64,000 bases of DNA from the human T2T-CHM13v2.0 reference genome, Homo sapiens, in assembly GCF_009914755.1 (NCBI RefSeq), contig NC_060930.1, one strand, 5' to 3'. A program made the position numbers and the translations under genes. Positions 38,051 through 52,780 of this stretch are shown piece by piece. The number at the start of each line of letters is the position of its first letter. Positions within the stretch are counted from its first letter, which is position 1. The notes under the pieces are model-generated. The model had not been told where the DNA came from and did no database searches. It was given only the letters and a program-made list of their open reading frames with translations.

Positions 38051-38929
38051 CCTAAGTGTTTATTCCTTTATAACAAATTGTGCATAAGAACCAATGCAGT
38101 AAAAAGCCTGAACTAACATCTTTGAAGTGAGAGATCATTGTTCCTACCTATGGGTAATTTATTTCTGGAAGACAGCATTCAACTAAAGACAACTCAGCTG
38201 CTCTCACACAGCAGTCAAGATCTAATGACTGAGTTGAGAGTTTCCACGTTCTCTCCTCATATTCACTCCTAAGCTAGGCCATGTCTCTGTGCACATTCCC
38301 ACCCTATTCATGAAGGAGCCAACTGGGCCAACTGCTCTCTGAGGTTCATAGGGCTCTGAGGACAGTAGTTATCTTGAGTGAAGCACAGGCTCCTTAGAGC
38401 AACAGGGTCCTTTTAAGTATTAGTACTCTGCCATCAAAGGTCATCTGTGTGAAAGAATGCCAAATGCACAAGATACCCTCCCCTCAGGGCTGTCTTTCCA
38501 GAAATCAAAGCAGGATGTTACAATCTGAGGGCCACACAACCTCTTCTGTAAGTGGCTTGCTGTAGTCTCTTTCTATTATTTTATTCTCTCTCCTTTCAGG
38601 AGGGCCCTTCAAAATCCCACAGTGCTTAATCTAACTATCTCCCTCTGAGGGCTCTTTTTGCAGTGGAAAAGCATCTGAGGTCATTGGAGTGAAGCCTTGC
38701 TCTTGGAGGGAAAGGAACCATGCCTTTGGGAGGGATGTGTCTGTTTCCTGCCAAGACTTGTAGGAAAGCCTGTCAATAGAGAGACACCAGAGGAGAAAAA
38801 AACTGCAAACTGTCTGTTACTCCTCACTGAATATCCATGTAATCCAAATTGCACTATGGCAACTATACATGCCATTTGCTGTGGTCCACTATGACCCAGT
38901 TTCTTTGCAATTAATTTAGAGCCATTCAT

Positions 38930-39560
38930 GGCTTCATTCATTTATGTAACAAATAGGCTTTTGTGCACTCCTACACACTTTGAACAGTGCAATGTCTAGA
39001 CAGTATAGCAGTGAGCAGGACTGACAAAGTCCCTGCATTCATGGAGAATTATATACTAGTGGGGAAGACAAGTTAGCAAGAAAATTGCTAATAGTAATAA
39101 ATGCCGTAAAGGAAATAAACTAGGAGGTAATATAGAAAGCAATAATTAGGATGGAGGGCCTACTTTATCTAGGATGGTCAGAGAAGACTTAATTAAGGAA
39201 GTGACATTTGAGATGAGACCCAAGACATAAGGGAGAGTGAGAGTGAGCAGGAGAGCTAAAGTCATGGGGACAGCCAGGGAGCCCAGCCCAGCCAAGGGAA
39301 TAGTGGACACAAAGGAAAGGGCAAGAGAGTGAGCCGAGTGGGATTGAGGAACACAGTGGGGATCTGTGTTACTACAGCATGATAAGGAAGTGAAAGAGTG
39401 ATACACGATGAAGACGCAAAAGTGGGCCAGACCATGTGAGGCCTCCTGAGCCAAGGCAAGGATTACAGGTTTTGTCGTAACTGCAATGGGAAGCCTTGGA
39501 CACTTTTTACTTTGGGGAAGGTTATGATCAAAATTGACTTTTAAATAATGTCATCCTGCC
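38930..39560 (-). mobile_element. L2 fragment
   Basis: 'ACAAAGTCCCTGCATTCATGGAG', 'AAGTGACATTTGAGATGAGACC' and 'GCAATGGGAAGCC' L2 motifs. Confidence 0.75.
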
Positions 39561-40387
39561 CTGTGATAAAGGGACAAATGAAGCATATCTTCTCGTAATT
39601 TCTGACCACTAGTCAATTCCTATGTTTATTTTCTGAAATATGTACAGCTCTCAGGCTATTGAATCTAGCTGTGCCCTCAAAAGTGACTTACCTACTGAAC
39701 AGAGGTATCATGAAGCTATTGACTCTGTTGAGTAGGCAGAGTTTTTCTTTCTTTCTCTTTTGAGCTTTTATTGAAGTATAACAAACAGAGAGAATAGTGA
39801 ATAAGTTATAAGAATTTTTCAAACAGAACCACCTCTGTAACCAGTATCCAAATCAAGAAACAGTATTACCCACTCCTCAGAACAGAAATCCCCATCCCCA
39901 TAACCTCTATTAGTCTACTTTCAAAATACAGAGTTCGAAGAATCTTTTCATTACATCATCCACTGACTAGCTGATTAGCCACACTAAGCATTAAAGCTCC
40001 TTGCGTGCCAAGAAAAATGGTAAGAAGGTCCAAAGAGCAAGCAATCCCATGAATAATACGAGGTAAGACCCAGGCTGACAGAAAGCTACGCTGGAGCTCC
40101 CTAGTAAGGCAGGAAAGCCTTTCACCTCTACTTCTTTTGTCAGGGTTTCTTTGGCTCCTGCAACATCCAGGAGGCCGCAGAAGATGTTACTCTTCTCTCC
40201 TGATGCAGCTCTGCCTGCCCTCCCCATCCTCCGTCAAGTCAAGACAATGCTGTGAAGGCAGCTCATAGGACATTGCAAACCTGTGTGTGGGAGTTTTAGG
40301 GTAGAGTGTTAGCTTATGGGCAGATTCTAGTGGAGGAAGATGTCTGTGCTATTGGTTGGAGGTAAAGCAGCCCTTTAAAAGCCACCA

Positions 40388-41315
40388 CTCACAATAAAAA
40401 AACAAAATGGAAAAAGGACTTGAATAGACATTTCTCACGAGAAGAAGATACACGAATGGCCACTACGCACATCTATATAGCTGATGGTCTGGCTTTTATG
40501 CTACTTTCTCTAACATTGTTGGTCATTAGAGAAATGCAAATCAAAACCACCATGGGTTACCACTTTGCACCCACTAGGATGACAATAATACAAACAAAAA
40601 CCAGAAAGTAAGTGTTAGCAGTGATGTGGATATATTAGAACACTTGCGCATTGCTGGTGGAAATGTAAATTGGTGCCATGCTATGGAAAATGGTTCCTCA
40701 AGCAGTTAAATGTAGAACTACCATATGAGCCAACCATTCCACTTCTAGATACATCCAAGAGACTTGAAAGCAGGGACTCAAACAGGTATTTGTATACCAA
40801 TGTTCACAGCAGCATTATTCATAATAGCCAAAGGTGGAAACAAGTGTCCATTCACAGATGAATGGATAAGCAAAATATATTTACATATTATGGAATATTA
40901 TTCAGCCACAAAAGAATGATATTTTCATATATGATACAATATGGACTACCCTTGAAAATATTATGCTAAGTGAAATAAGCCAGACACAAAAAGGACCAAT
41001 ATCCTGTGATTCCACTTATATGAGGTATATAGACTAGGTAAGTTCGCAGAGACAGAAAGTAGAAGAAAGGTTACCAGGGACTGGGGAAGGGGGACATAGG
41101 GAGTTATTTTTTATGGGGTACAGTGTTTGTGCTGGGGATAATGACAGAGTTTTGGGTACAGATGGTGACGGTGATTTCACAATATTGTAAATGTATGGCT
41201 ATATGATATTTTAAATGTATTTAATGCCAATGAATTATACACTTAAAAATAGTTAAAATGATTAATTTATCTTATGTATATTTTACATTACATTTTTGTT
41301 TTAAAAGAAAGAAAA
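40388..41315 (+). mobile_element. L1MB-like 3' fragment
   Basis: ORF2-end and 3'UTR motifs ('GAAATGCAAATCAAAACCAC', 'GCTAAGTGAAATAAGCCAGACAC'); A-rich tail. Confidence 0.85.
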
Positions 41316-43165
41316 CAGCCACTACACTTTGATTCCCTTTTCTATATAGCTGATGGTCTGGTTTTTATGCAACTTTTTCTAACATAACTTTTTCCCTCTT
41401 ATTAGTCATCATGTTAACATGCTATCTTTAGAAAAATTGTTCACAGGGGGCCAATTTTGGAGAAAGTACTTTGGGGTTATACCCATTCCTTCCCTAACCT
41501 TACTTCTTACTCTCAATGGCTTCTCCCAGCAGGAGGGCATAATCTCAGCACTGTGGGTTAGTGCAGAGCACCCAAAGGCAAAATTTTCAACATAAAATCA
41601 GATTTTGAAGCTATGAGTTCTCATTATTCATATGCTGACAATAATGAATATATTATGCTAAGCAAAGTTATAAAAAATCATTTTTGGATTTTTAGGCCAC
41701 GTGGGAGAATGGTGTGATTATATTTACATATATATTTCTAAAACAGAAAAAATTTCAATAAACTTTAGGAATCTTATGATGGACCATGTAGTTGGGCCAC
41801 TTGAGAGGTGGGACATTGCCACCTTTTGTATCACAGAGGCCATCTTGTTACCAAACCAAATATCTTCTGTCCATCACAGGGAACCAAGAGACAAATTGAA
41901 CTAGCTGTACTGTGAGCTGGCAAGATCACAGCATTTGCATACAATGCTTGTTTTCCCTGCTGAAGCTCTTAGCATTTAGAAAATTCAGGATTAAACAACT
42001 TGTTGCAGCTCAGAAGCTAATACTCTGAACAACTGAATTGTCTTAGTGTTTAAAAAAAAATAAAAACAACTTTGAAGTGATTAATTTAACAAATTCTGAC
42101 ATGTGCAGTGAATGAAGGCTTCCTTTCCTTACCCTTAATAAATCAGAATGTCTCAATTGAGAAAATCAAAGGGGAAGCAAGAGGTAGCCTTGAGGTAAAA
42201 TAAACAGGTAAAGTAGGATAAACCTAGGCAAATGTATATTATAAACCTAAAGAGGAATCTATGGGCATGGAGTAGAAGCACAGATCTCAGAAGAGCCCTA
42301 GGAAATATTTGCTTATTTTTATAAGGAATGATTGGATTAATCAATATTAAAATTCCTAAGTTGTAGGTTAAAATAAAAAGGCATATTTAAAATAAATTAG
42401 TCACTGAAGGTTAGTAAATGAGTCAGAGTTTTGTTGATTGTTTAGTTGATTGACCTTAAGAAATAATTCCTTGCAGAATATTTGTATGTAATAAATTGCA
42501 AGGCCTAGGAAGCATGTTCTGCAGAATATGACTTAGAATCATTTTCTGGAGTTCTGAGCAGTTATGATGCACAAACAACAAATATCAGAGGCTGTGTTTC
42601 TCTATACACATGTGAAATAGACTGTTGTACTCAAAGGCAACCTAGAACAAAGTCGTAGACATCAGTATGGAAAGAAACTTGGGCTGGGGGATGTGCAGGG
42701 ATGGGGAGAGAAGTGTGGAGTTCAGAAGAGGGAGGAAAGTTGAAGGACAATGTCAGCAGACCTTCCCAGGGACCTAATAAACACTGAAGCAGTTTTCTGT
42801 TTCTCCAAAGCTGAGACCTCGTCTGACTTCAAGGACAAATTGCTATTTCTCTTGCCACCTCGGCCCTCCCCCTCATCTAAACTATGACTTACTATCACCT
42901 AGAATTCCCTTAATTGCAGATAAAGACCTTTTTTCCATTGTTAGGCAAAAATACCATTAACACTTAAATATTTAATGGAATTAGCTACCTGGTATGAATG
43001 AAATCCAGTTAAGATTAAAAGATAACAGCAAATCATTCCCTTTTGGGATTGGGGCGATGATTTCTGTTCTGAGTAGAAAGCTGGAAGTCATAAGGCCCTT
43101 GAAAAGGGCAATGCCTTCTTTAGTAAAAGAAAATGGAAACATCAAGGGAAAGAGAGCCCCCCTCC

Positions 43166-43249
43166 TCTCTCTCTCTCTCACACACACACATACACACACA
43201 TGCACGCACACACACGCGCGCGCGCGATCACACACACACACACACACAC
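43166..43249. repeat. Compound (TC)n-(CA)n-(CG)6-(CA)n microsatellite
   Basis: Direct reading; about 70 bp of almost continuous purine-pyrimidine alternation. Confidence 0.95.
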
Positions 43250-43844
43250 CCCTCTGCTGCAGTGGTACCCCCGCTGCCTGCATGCAGGCCCTGGCTTCCA
43301 CTGCTTGTGCACACAGGGGCTGGAGCACCAGGATAAGGCACGTCCTATATGACCAGTGGGTACCCTCCACTTAGCCAGGTTGTGATGAGATCTCCAGTTC
43401 TTTATGTTCCATTCATCTGTGACCCTGGGAAGTAATTTTATCCCTCTAATACAGAAACACCTGGTAATGAAATGAAAACCTATCACAGAGTGTGAGCACT
43501 GCTCATAAAATAATGACAAATGATTTTCCAATTTCCTTTGACCAAGACATTTATTATTTTGTGTTATGGATTAACTAATTCTCTGATTTCTTTATAAATC
43601 TTTTTAAATTAAGAGAGCTCAATCTTATCTTGTAACAAGAAATTTATTTTAAAATAACCCTTTTATTATTTAGAGTACACAGACTTTTTAATGTAATAAG
43701 TGCTTTTTAATTATGAAAGTAATTCATGCTTATTAAAGAAAAATCAGAAAACACATGTAACTAGATAGAAAAAATACCCATTGTTCTACCATCCCATCAC
43801 AAACACCTCTGTTAATATTTTCATGTCATCTTTGAAGCCTTTAT

Positions 43845-44480
43845 TTTGGGGGCTCAGAAAATAATACCCCAAGTGTGGCGCTGTGGCATGCTGAGTACTT
43901 TAATCTGAAGGAGATTGGAAGGCTTCAGAAGCAGCCTCAGAAACAAAGTCCCTCTCTGACCTTCTCCTGCCCTTCTGTCTTCCACCCCTGTTTTTCCCCT
44001 AAGCAAGTTATAGAACCAGAAAAATTCTTCCTCCCCAAGGTGGGTCATAGAAACTAGAGCTTCTCTCCTCCAAAGCAAGTCATAAAACATAGAAAGGTCA
44101 CTCTCTTCCTTCTCTCTTTTCCCTTGAAGACCCTCATTCCAAGGGGTCCTGCCCCATACCTGAAGGAAGGAATGCTACACAGAATCAAAAGAATCTGAAC
44201 AGTGAGGGCTTGCTGGGTTTATCCCTGAGTCTGCTATTAGATCATTCCCTCTTCCCCAGTCACATTCTGCATAGCTGCCCTTTCTTCCTCAAACCTAAGC
44301 CTAAAAACAGTTTTCCCTGAGTCTTTGGGTCTTCATTTCTGAAGGCTCCCATGCCACATAAAACTTTGATTAAACAAATTTGTTATGCTTTTCTCTTGTC
44401 AGCCTGTCTTTTGGTATAGGAGTGTCAGCAGTGACCCTTTTGATGGGTGTGGAAAGGTAGCACACCTTTCAGCATCTACA
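43845..44480 (+). mobile_element. MER39 (ERV1) solo LTR
   Basis: GGGGCTCAGAAAATAATACCCCAAG start, 'CAGAAGCAGCCTCAGAA', ends ...CTACA. Confidence 0.85.
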
Positions 44481-45973
44481 CTCTTCTTAAGTACTTGTTC
44501 TTTTAAAATAATTGAAGTCACACTGTGGTTATAATTCCCACACCTGCTTTTTATATGCTTAATATTTTATTGTAGGCATCTTTACATTGTTTTACAAGGC
44601 CTTTCTAAAAATACTTTTAAAAATAACTGCTACAGAGTCTAACAAGTGGATGTAAGGAAACATACCTCTGTAATTGGATAATTAAGTATTTAAATGCCCA
44701 GAATTTTGAAAACTAAAGTCTATTAAGGATTATAGAATAGTATTTCATTTTAATATTATATTAAAGATTATATATATTGTCTTCTTTTTGGTAGCCATGA
44801 CATTTTAGGAGTTTTAATAATTGCTAAAAAATAAAATACTGACCCCTGGCCAGTAGAGTACTAAAATTATCTTAAATAATCTTCAGAGAGTTTATGTGTC
44901 CCTGGTGCTGTGAGAGTCCAGCAATGTCCTATCCAAGTTTTCATAAATGTTTTGTTATCTTAAATACGACTTTCCAATATTTCTCTTAATTCTATCCTCC
45001 AGGGCAATCTATATGACAAAAAGGAACAGAAGTGATTTCCAAAGATTTGATTTGTACGTTTGCTATTCTAAGCCAAGTAATGGCAAATATCATTTAAATG
45101 GCCTGCTATATAAAGTTATCTTTATTTTATAATTCAGTGGAAACAATAACTGTAGTTTGCTAAGACACTTAGTTGGAGCAAGCAAAAGAACAAAAGGAAC
45201 CCAATTATGCAAATATGTGCCCCTTCAGAGCTCTTCCACCTTGAGGAGCTTGTCAGGAAATGAGAGAAGGTGGCAGATTTATAGTTTTCTGCCTCTCTGA
45301 GTGAGTAACCCTCCTCATAATTAAAATTAGACCTAATTGTGATTATCACTATTATTTTTCAACAATTAAGAATTGTCCACCTGATATACTTAAATGTTTC
45401 ATGTTCGTCATTTTCTAATTCCTTCTGAAGACTTTTTCCCTGTTAAGATTTTACTGCCTAATCTATGGAAAGTCTTGTTTGGAGATTGGGACTCTTGTGA
45501 GGTCAAGGGACAAAAAAATCTAATTCTAATTTGCTTGAATTAAAAACAAAACAGCAAAAAAGAAACGAAGTACAAACAAAAGAGTAGAAAAACTGAAGGG
45601 TAGTGTGGACCTAATGTAGCTTGACTGGCTCAGAGGTAACTTAGGATCTGATTTCCAGATTTCTACATCTCTGTACTCTGCCTTCCCCTGGGTAAGAGCC
45701 GTTCTCAGACAAGGCTTTTCTCTCCTTGTGATTATTTAAGACATCCACCTCAGCTCTAGCCTTTGAACTTCTAGATTAAGGCATTTAAGGGAAGAGGTTC
45801 TTCCTATTCACTCAAGGGGAACCTGTTGTGTCTCCTTGACTCTGGTTATGTATCCAATTCTAAATCAACCACTTTGTTGAGGGTAAAGTTATGGGCTGAT
45901 TGTTCCAAATCTGGGTCAGCGTGGAGCCATAGTCCAAGTGCTGCCCTCTTTCATGAATCCATCCCTAACCACC

Positions 45974-46353
45974 TGCTATGGGCTGAACTGTGCCTCTCCC
46001 AAATTTATATGTTAAAATCCTAACACCTCGTATCTCAGAATGTGACTGTATTTGAAGACAGGGTCTTTAAATAGGTAATTAAGATAAAAAGAGGTCCTAT
46101 GGGTGGACCCTAATCCAAAATGACTGGTGTCTTTTAAAGAAGGGATTAGAACACGAAGGAAAATACTATCTGGAAGACACAGGGACAGGACAGCCATCTA
46201 CAAGCCAAGAAGAGAGGCTCAGAAGAAATCAACTCTGTCAACCCTTGGATCTTGGAATTCTAGCCTCCAAAACTGTGAGAAAATTAAATTTCATTGCTTA
46301 AACCATCTAGTCTGTGGTACTTTGGTATGGCAGCCTTAGTAAACTGACAGACA
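45974..46353 (+). mobile_element. MLT1B-like (MaLR) solo LTR
   Basis: TGCTATGGGCTGAACTGTG...CTCAGAATGTGACTGTATTTG...GGCAGCCTTAGTAAACTGACAGACA. Confidence 0.85.
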
Positions 46354-47063
46354 ACCCTAGTCAGAAGTGAGCCCTTTTTCTTCTAAACTTCCATTGTCTT
46401 TTTTGGCCTTTCTTACTTTCTACCTTGTGTTTCAATTATGCATGTATGTGTGTCTCATAACTCTCCTCCCAGACCATAAGGTCTTACGCAAAAAACCTTA
46501 GTCTAATTCATTTTCGAACTGCCCACATCACACTCATTAATTCATTAAATGATTATCATGTGCATACTCTGCATATACAATAGTCTTACTAGACCCTCAA
46601 TAAATATATGCTAAATAAATGTGACTCCAAAGAAACAAGTGACTGACATCAATCATTATGAAATATCAGTGCTTAAAGAATGCATGATCAATTGGAGAAC
46701 AACAACCAGGAACATATGGACATACCCTTGAGGAGAGTTTATGCCAAGAATACCAAGAACATGTCATGCTGACTATAGCATTTTAATATTTTCATGCTGC
46801 TTATTCCTATAGGGCTGGAAGCTCAAGTGATGTGAGCAGGTCATTATTATAATAAATTCCATGTCTGACCTTAGCCAGAATTGTACAGTGCTGAGTGGAA
46901 AGGAGTTTAAGAACTTAGTTGATGCATTACCTAAATAATTGGATTTCTCAGGTAAGGATATTAACTGTTTATTTTCTCAGAATAAATTTAATACACAGGC
47001 ATCCACAGATAATAAAAATGCTATCATGTGGTAGACATTAAATATATATTTATTCAACCCACT

Positions 47064-47943
<880 letters not shown>

Positions 47944-48454
47944 CTATTTAGGACAATAATTTATCTAGTTTTCTTATAGGAGTAGATATCATAATTAACT
48001 TTGGGAAATCCTAGTGTTTGAACATCATTTATATCAGGAAATAATTCCTATCTAACCTGAATATTGTCTATAAAAAGTTAAAACCATAAGTATTGAAGAA
48101 AGAACACTGAGAGGTGGGATACTTCATCACATTATTGTAAACATGCCAGTACAAGTTGAGGCAAGTTTGAATCCATCTGGGCATCTTTTTAAAATTTAAC
48201 AATGCATAAGTATGTACTCCAGTTCTGTTCAGATTATCACTTCTCAGCTCTACACCTCTTCCTCTCACTAAGCTTTTAATTATAACCCACTATATTAATA
48301 TCAAAGAGCTAAAATCAACAAGTTATGGCATATTATAATTATTAGCCCTGTACTAGCAGTCATTTAAGGACTGTTTTTTCTAGTCTTTATCACAAAACAT
48401 TAAACTGATGAGAGATTATCCTCTTTGTTTGTTGTGAGATAAGCATGCAGGATG

Positions 48455-49170
48455 TGTCCCGTTTGTGTTAGCAAGGATGGGGAGACGGGAACCCATACAC
48501 AGTGCTGGTGGAGTATAAATTCATATACTTTGGGGAGTTACTTGGTTCAACTAGAATGTGAAAAATGTGCATATTCTATGGACCAGTATATTTGGGTACT
48601 GGTAAGTTTTACACAGGCCCAGAGACATGTTTATTGTAGCATTGTTTATAATAGCAAAAATTGGAAATAAACTGTGAGTCCCACAATGAGAAAAATGGGT
48701 AAATAAAATATAGCAGACTGCTCTGCAGATTAAAAAACGAGGCAGACTTATTTGTATATAGCATGGATAACTCACACACACAGTGTTGAGTGAAAAAAAT
48801 CCAAGTTGCAAAATTATATATAGATCAACTAGAGTATGATACCAGTATTATAAATTTGATAAAAATTACAGAAACACATTATATCTAGATATGCATACAT
48901 ATGCATATGCATGTGTATAAAAACAAAAATGGTTTGCAAGGCAATTCATAAATTTTCTAGCATTGCTTCTTAGGATAGGAGGAAATAGTACTGGATGTGA
49001 AGGAAAGTGAACACTTCAACTTGACATGGAGTGTTTTACTTTTTAATTTTACATTGTTCTTTAAAATAATTTTGAAGATATTTCAAAAAATTATTAAAAT
49101 TACCAGTTTTCTGTCATGGCTACATTGGTATAGCCAATTACTTTTCTGTAGTTTTTGTTGTTTCAAAACT
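48455..49170 (+). mobile_element. Ancient L1 (L1ME-like) 3' region
   Basis: 'GCATTGTTTATAATAGCAAAAATTGGAAA', 'GTGTTGAGTGAAAAAAA'; decayed. Confidence 0.6.
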
Positions 49171-50553
49171 AAATGTTTTCTCAAGTTCACTACTATGACA
49201 CAAGATGCTTGATTTATTCATTCACTCTTCAGCAAATATATATTACTTGTCTGCTATGTATACGATACTGTCTGGTACCATAGTAAGCAACAAAAATGTA
49301 TTTAAAAATGGTCCTATCTTCAAATATCTTGTAACTTTAAAAGTTCTTATTGGGAAAAGTATGTGTAGGTTCAGGTATGCCTCATTGTGGTGATATTTTC
49401 AATAGTCTTATGATATGAAATTGTTACAGTTGTCATGAAATTACATGTAGGTGGGTTTCACTCTATGAAAACATAACAAGAAAATTACCACTTACAAAAG
49501 ATTAAATTAGAGTGTGATTGACACTTTAAAAGAGAATTATTCCCTTCTCAAAAAAATGATTCATTGTAGGCCTTTTCTCTGAACATACAAAATGTGATGG
49601 TATATTTTAAAAAGTCACCTTACGCCAACCTTTTTGGGCAACACATCCATTATATAAAGTAAGGTATACCAGTATAAGACAGAGACATTTCACCTGAGAG
49701 TATTTTCAGGGGGTATACAATTAATAAGTCAAGCACACGTAGAAACTTGTAGATGAGGACCTTCATTGTAGCTCCATTGTCAGCTCTGGGTCCAGGTGGA
49801 TAAATTTGATCAAATATCTTCTGAAAACCCAATGGGAAAGCATTCCCTGGGATGTCTCTCCATTACAACTTTGTCTACAGTGGGGAAGGAAGGTGAAGAA
49901 TAGTAAGCCGAACACTGTCTCTCAATGAGACAAAAAATGGTAGGCCATGAGTGCTTAAGGGGTGTAAATCAATGACATCCTTAGTTCTGTTTATGAATGT
50001 ATGACTTGTGCTCTTTTGTTTTTGCTCCCTTTTCCCTAACCTCTTTTAAAAGTAATCAACTGATAATTGACAGGCACTGCCTAGGTTTTATTTTTGTGAG
50101 CAATCCGTGTCCCAAGACATTTCTCTAGGGACCTTTGTTACACTCTTCTCCCTGGTATCAGGAGGCAAAGGAGAATCTTAGCCTCTCTCCTGGGTCTGGT
50201 CACTGATACCCTTGGCTCAGGCAAAGTGGACTTTGAGTTAGGAGTCACTGAAAACCTGGGGAAAAAAAAATCTGTCAACTACAGTGTTCCTTGACATTCA
50301 GACATGTTCTGTTCCATGGGGATTTCTATATTTGGCCAGACCGCAAGGTATTGAGGTAGATGAAACAGAAGAGATCTGAAAACTGCACGCTGAATTTCTC
50401 CTTGAGGTCTTATTTCTCAAAAATATGAGGCAATTTAAAATGTATGTGAGAAAAGAGTATTTTTGAAACTTTTCAAAAATAAAAGAAAGATCAAGAAGTG
50501 CTTTTAACTAATATGTATTAAAGGTTATTTGCCTGCATAGATAAGACGGTCTT

Positions 50554-50566
50554 GTTGCTAGGCAAC
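50554..50566. promoter_or_regulatory. RFX X-box
   Basis: GTTGCTAGGCAAC, a high-affinity near-palindromic RFX motif, in unique DNA with three CpGs within 30 bp and an adjacent AGATAA. Confidence 0.6.
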
Positions 50567-51131
50567 GGAGACACCGAGACAATGGTGGGCCATGAAGGTA
50601 GAGGAGCTCATGAGTGTTTTAGTATGAATTCCTGTCACAATAGGAGCCAGGCTAACAAGCTTCTCCCAAAATGGGAAATGGCAGAAATGACGATATGATG
50701 GACAGAGAGGTGAGGCATCTGGATTTTATTTGTCTAACATACCCAGTTTTTGTATGATGTAGTTAATACTTTTATTAATGTAAAATGGCCTATTTATCCT
50801 AGTAGGAATTTTTCTAACTTTGCAGCTTGTAGTTGATGACTCTGTTAGTGGAAGGAGTTGCAGAACTTCAGATAACAATGTCTAATATACAGATAGTTCT
50901 TAGAGAACTACCAGGGGCAGAGGCAAAGCTACATTATCTTAGCACTGTGAATATGGTGTATTCAGAAGGAAAAACAAGGACTCAGTCCATCACTCTTCTA
51001 TCAAAGGAATTTAGTTACCACTTAAAAGTGAAATTCATTTGACAGGCAATGGCAGATGTTAAAGTGTACTTTGTATCATAGATTTTCATAAGAGCATAAT
51101 ATTTTTCATTTTAAGGATTTAAAGATTTTGA

Positions 51132-51460
<329 letters not shown>

Positions 51461-51569
51461 AAGATCAATCACTATAGTCTTTAGAATTCTTGTTTTATAA
51501 TTTCTACTACTAAAATGTTGTGTGGGAGGCAAAGAAGATAAGTTCCCTTCTTCCCCCTACCCCCACTTC

Positions 51570-51603
<34 letters not shown>

Positions 51604-52214
51604 CCAATGGAGAATGTGAACAGAGGACTTTTTAATTATTTTGAGACAGAGGAGCAAAGCCAGTCAGGAAATGGTTGAAATTGTGTCAGAGGCCTTATAG
51701 CAACTTACTTAAAAGAAACCCTACATTAAAGAATTGACTATATTTATTAATTGTCAATAATATACTCATTACACAGGAATTATTTCCTTATTGTCTTTAT
51801 TTGAAGACTTCAAAATGCTAAACATAAAGTAGCACTTTACTATGGTCATGATTTTTGAGGTGTATAGATTGCAAAAGTATCACATTTTACGCAGGGTGGA
51901 AGTATCACATGGATATATTACAGAACTTCAGCTCAATGCAAAACAGTACCTACCCAGATTTCCCACAAAGTGTGAACATAATAAGGCATGTGTCCCACCT
52001 TCATACTCAACCCTTTTCACATAGAGTGGCCTTAAGTTGAGTTAGATTCCAGCGTGATTCAAACTGAGTTGTCATGCAATGGCCTGAGGCTCCAGTGATT
52101 CAGAAGAGCCTGTGTGGATGACTACAAAGAAGAACCAAAACAACAGAAAAAAAAAGTTCCCTACAGCTTCATTTATCATTTGACTTCACATGATTTATTT
52201 ATAAAGGATCATCA

Positions 52215-52780
52215 TCTCAATTCCACTTCTATATACATGCATATTCAAAAGGACTGAAATCAGAGACTTGAACAGATACTTGCCCCAGTGTTCATAGCAG
52301 CGTTTTATTTGTGATGGCTAAGGTGGAAACAACTCAAGTGTCCATCAGTAAATGAATATATAAACAAAATGTGGTATATCCATACCTTGGAATATTACTC
52401 AGCCTTAAAAAGAAATGAAATTCTGATACATGTTGCAACATGAGTGAACCTTAAAAACATAGTAAATTGAATGTCAGACATGAAAGGACAAATAATATAT
52501 GATTCCACTTGTATGAGGTACCTAGAATCATCAAATTCATAGAGACAGGAAGTAGAACAATGGCTCCTAATGGCCAGGTAAGTGGGGAATATTGTTTAAT
52601 GGGTACAGAGTTTTAGAATGGGGTCATGAAAAGCTCTGAAGATGGTTAGTGGTGATGGTTGCACAACAATGCGAATTTACTTAATGTCCCTGAACTGTGC
52701 ACTTAAAAATAGTTAGATGGTAAATGTTACGCTGTGTATATTTTACCACATGGAAAAAACAATAATCATTAAAAAAATTA
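52215..52780 (+). mobile_element. L1MB-like 3' end
   Basis: 'TACTCAGCCTTAAAAAGAAATGAAATTCTGATACATG...GGTGATGGTTGCACAACAATG...TTTTACCAC'. Confidence 0.85.

Noticed and set aside
38490-38640. Plus-strand mini-exon with GTAAGT donor followed by a strong acceptor
   Set aside because: The implied intron is only about 52 nt, below the usual human minimum
43378-43428. GTGATGA box-C-like motif suggesting a C/D snoRNA
   Set aside because: No properly placed CTGA box D, and too short
42981-43531. Overlapping 117-129 aa ORFs
   Set aside because: Held open by the stop-free CA/TG microsatellite
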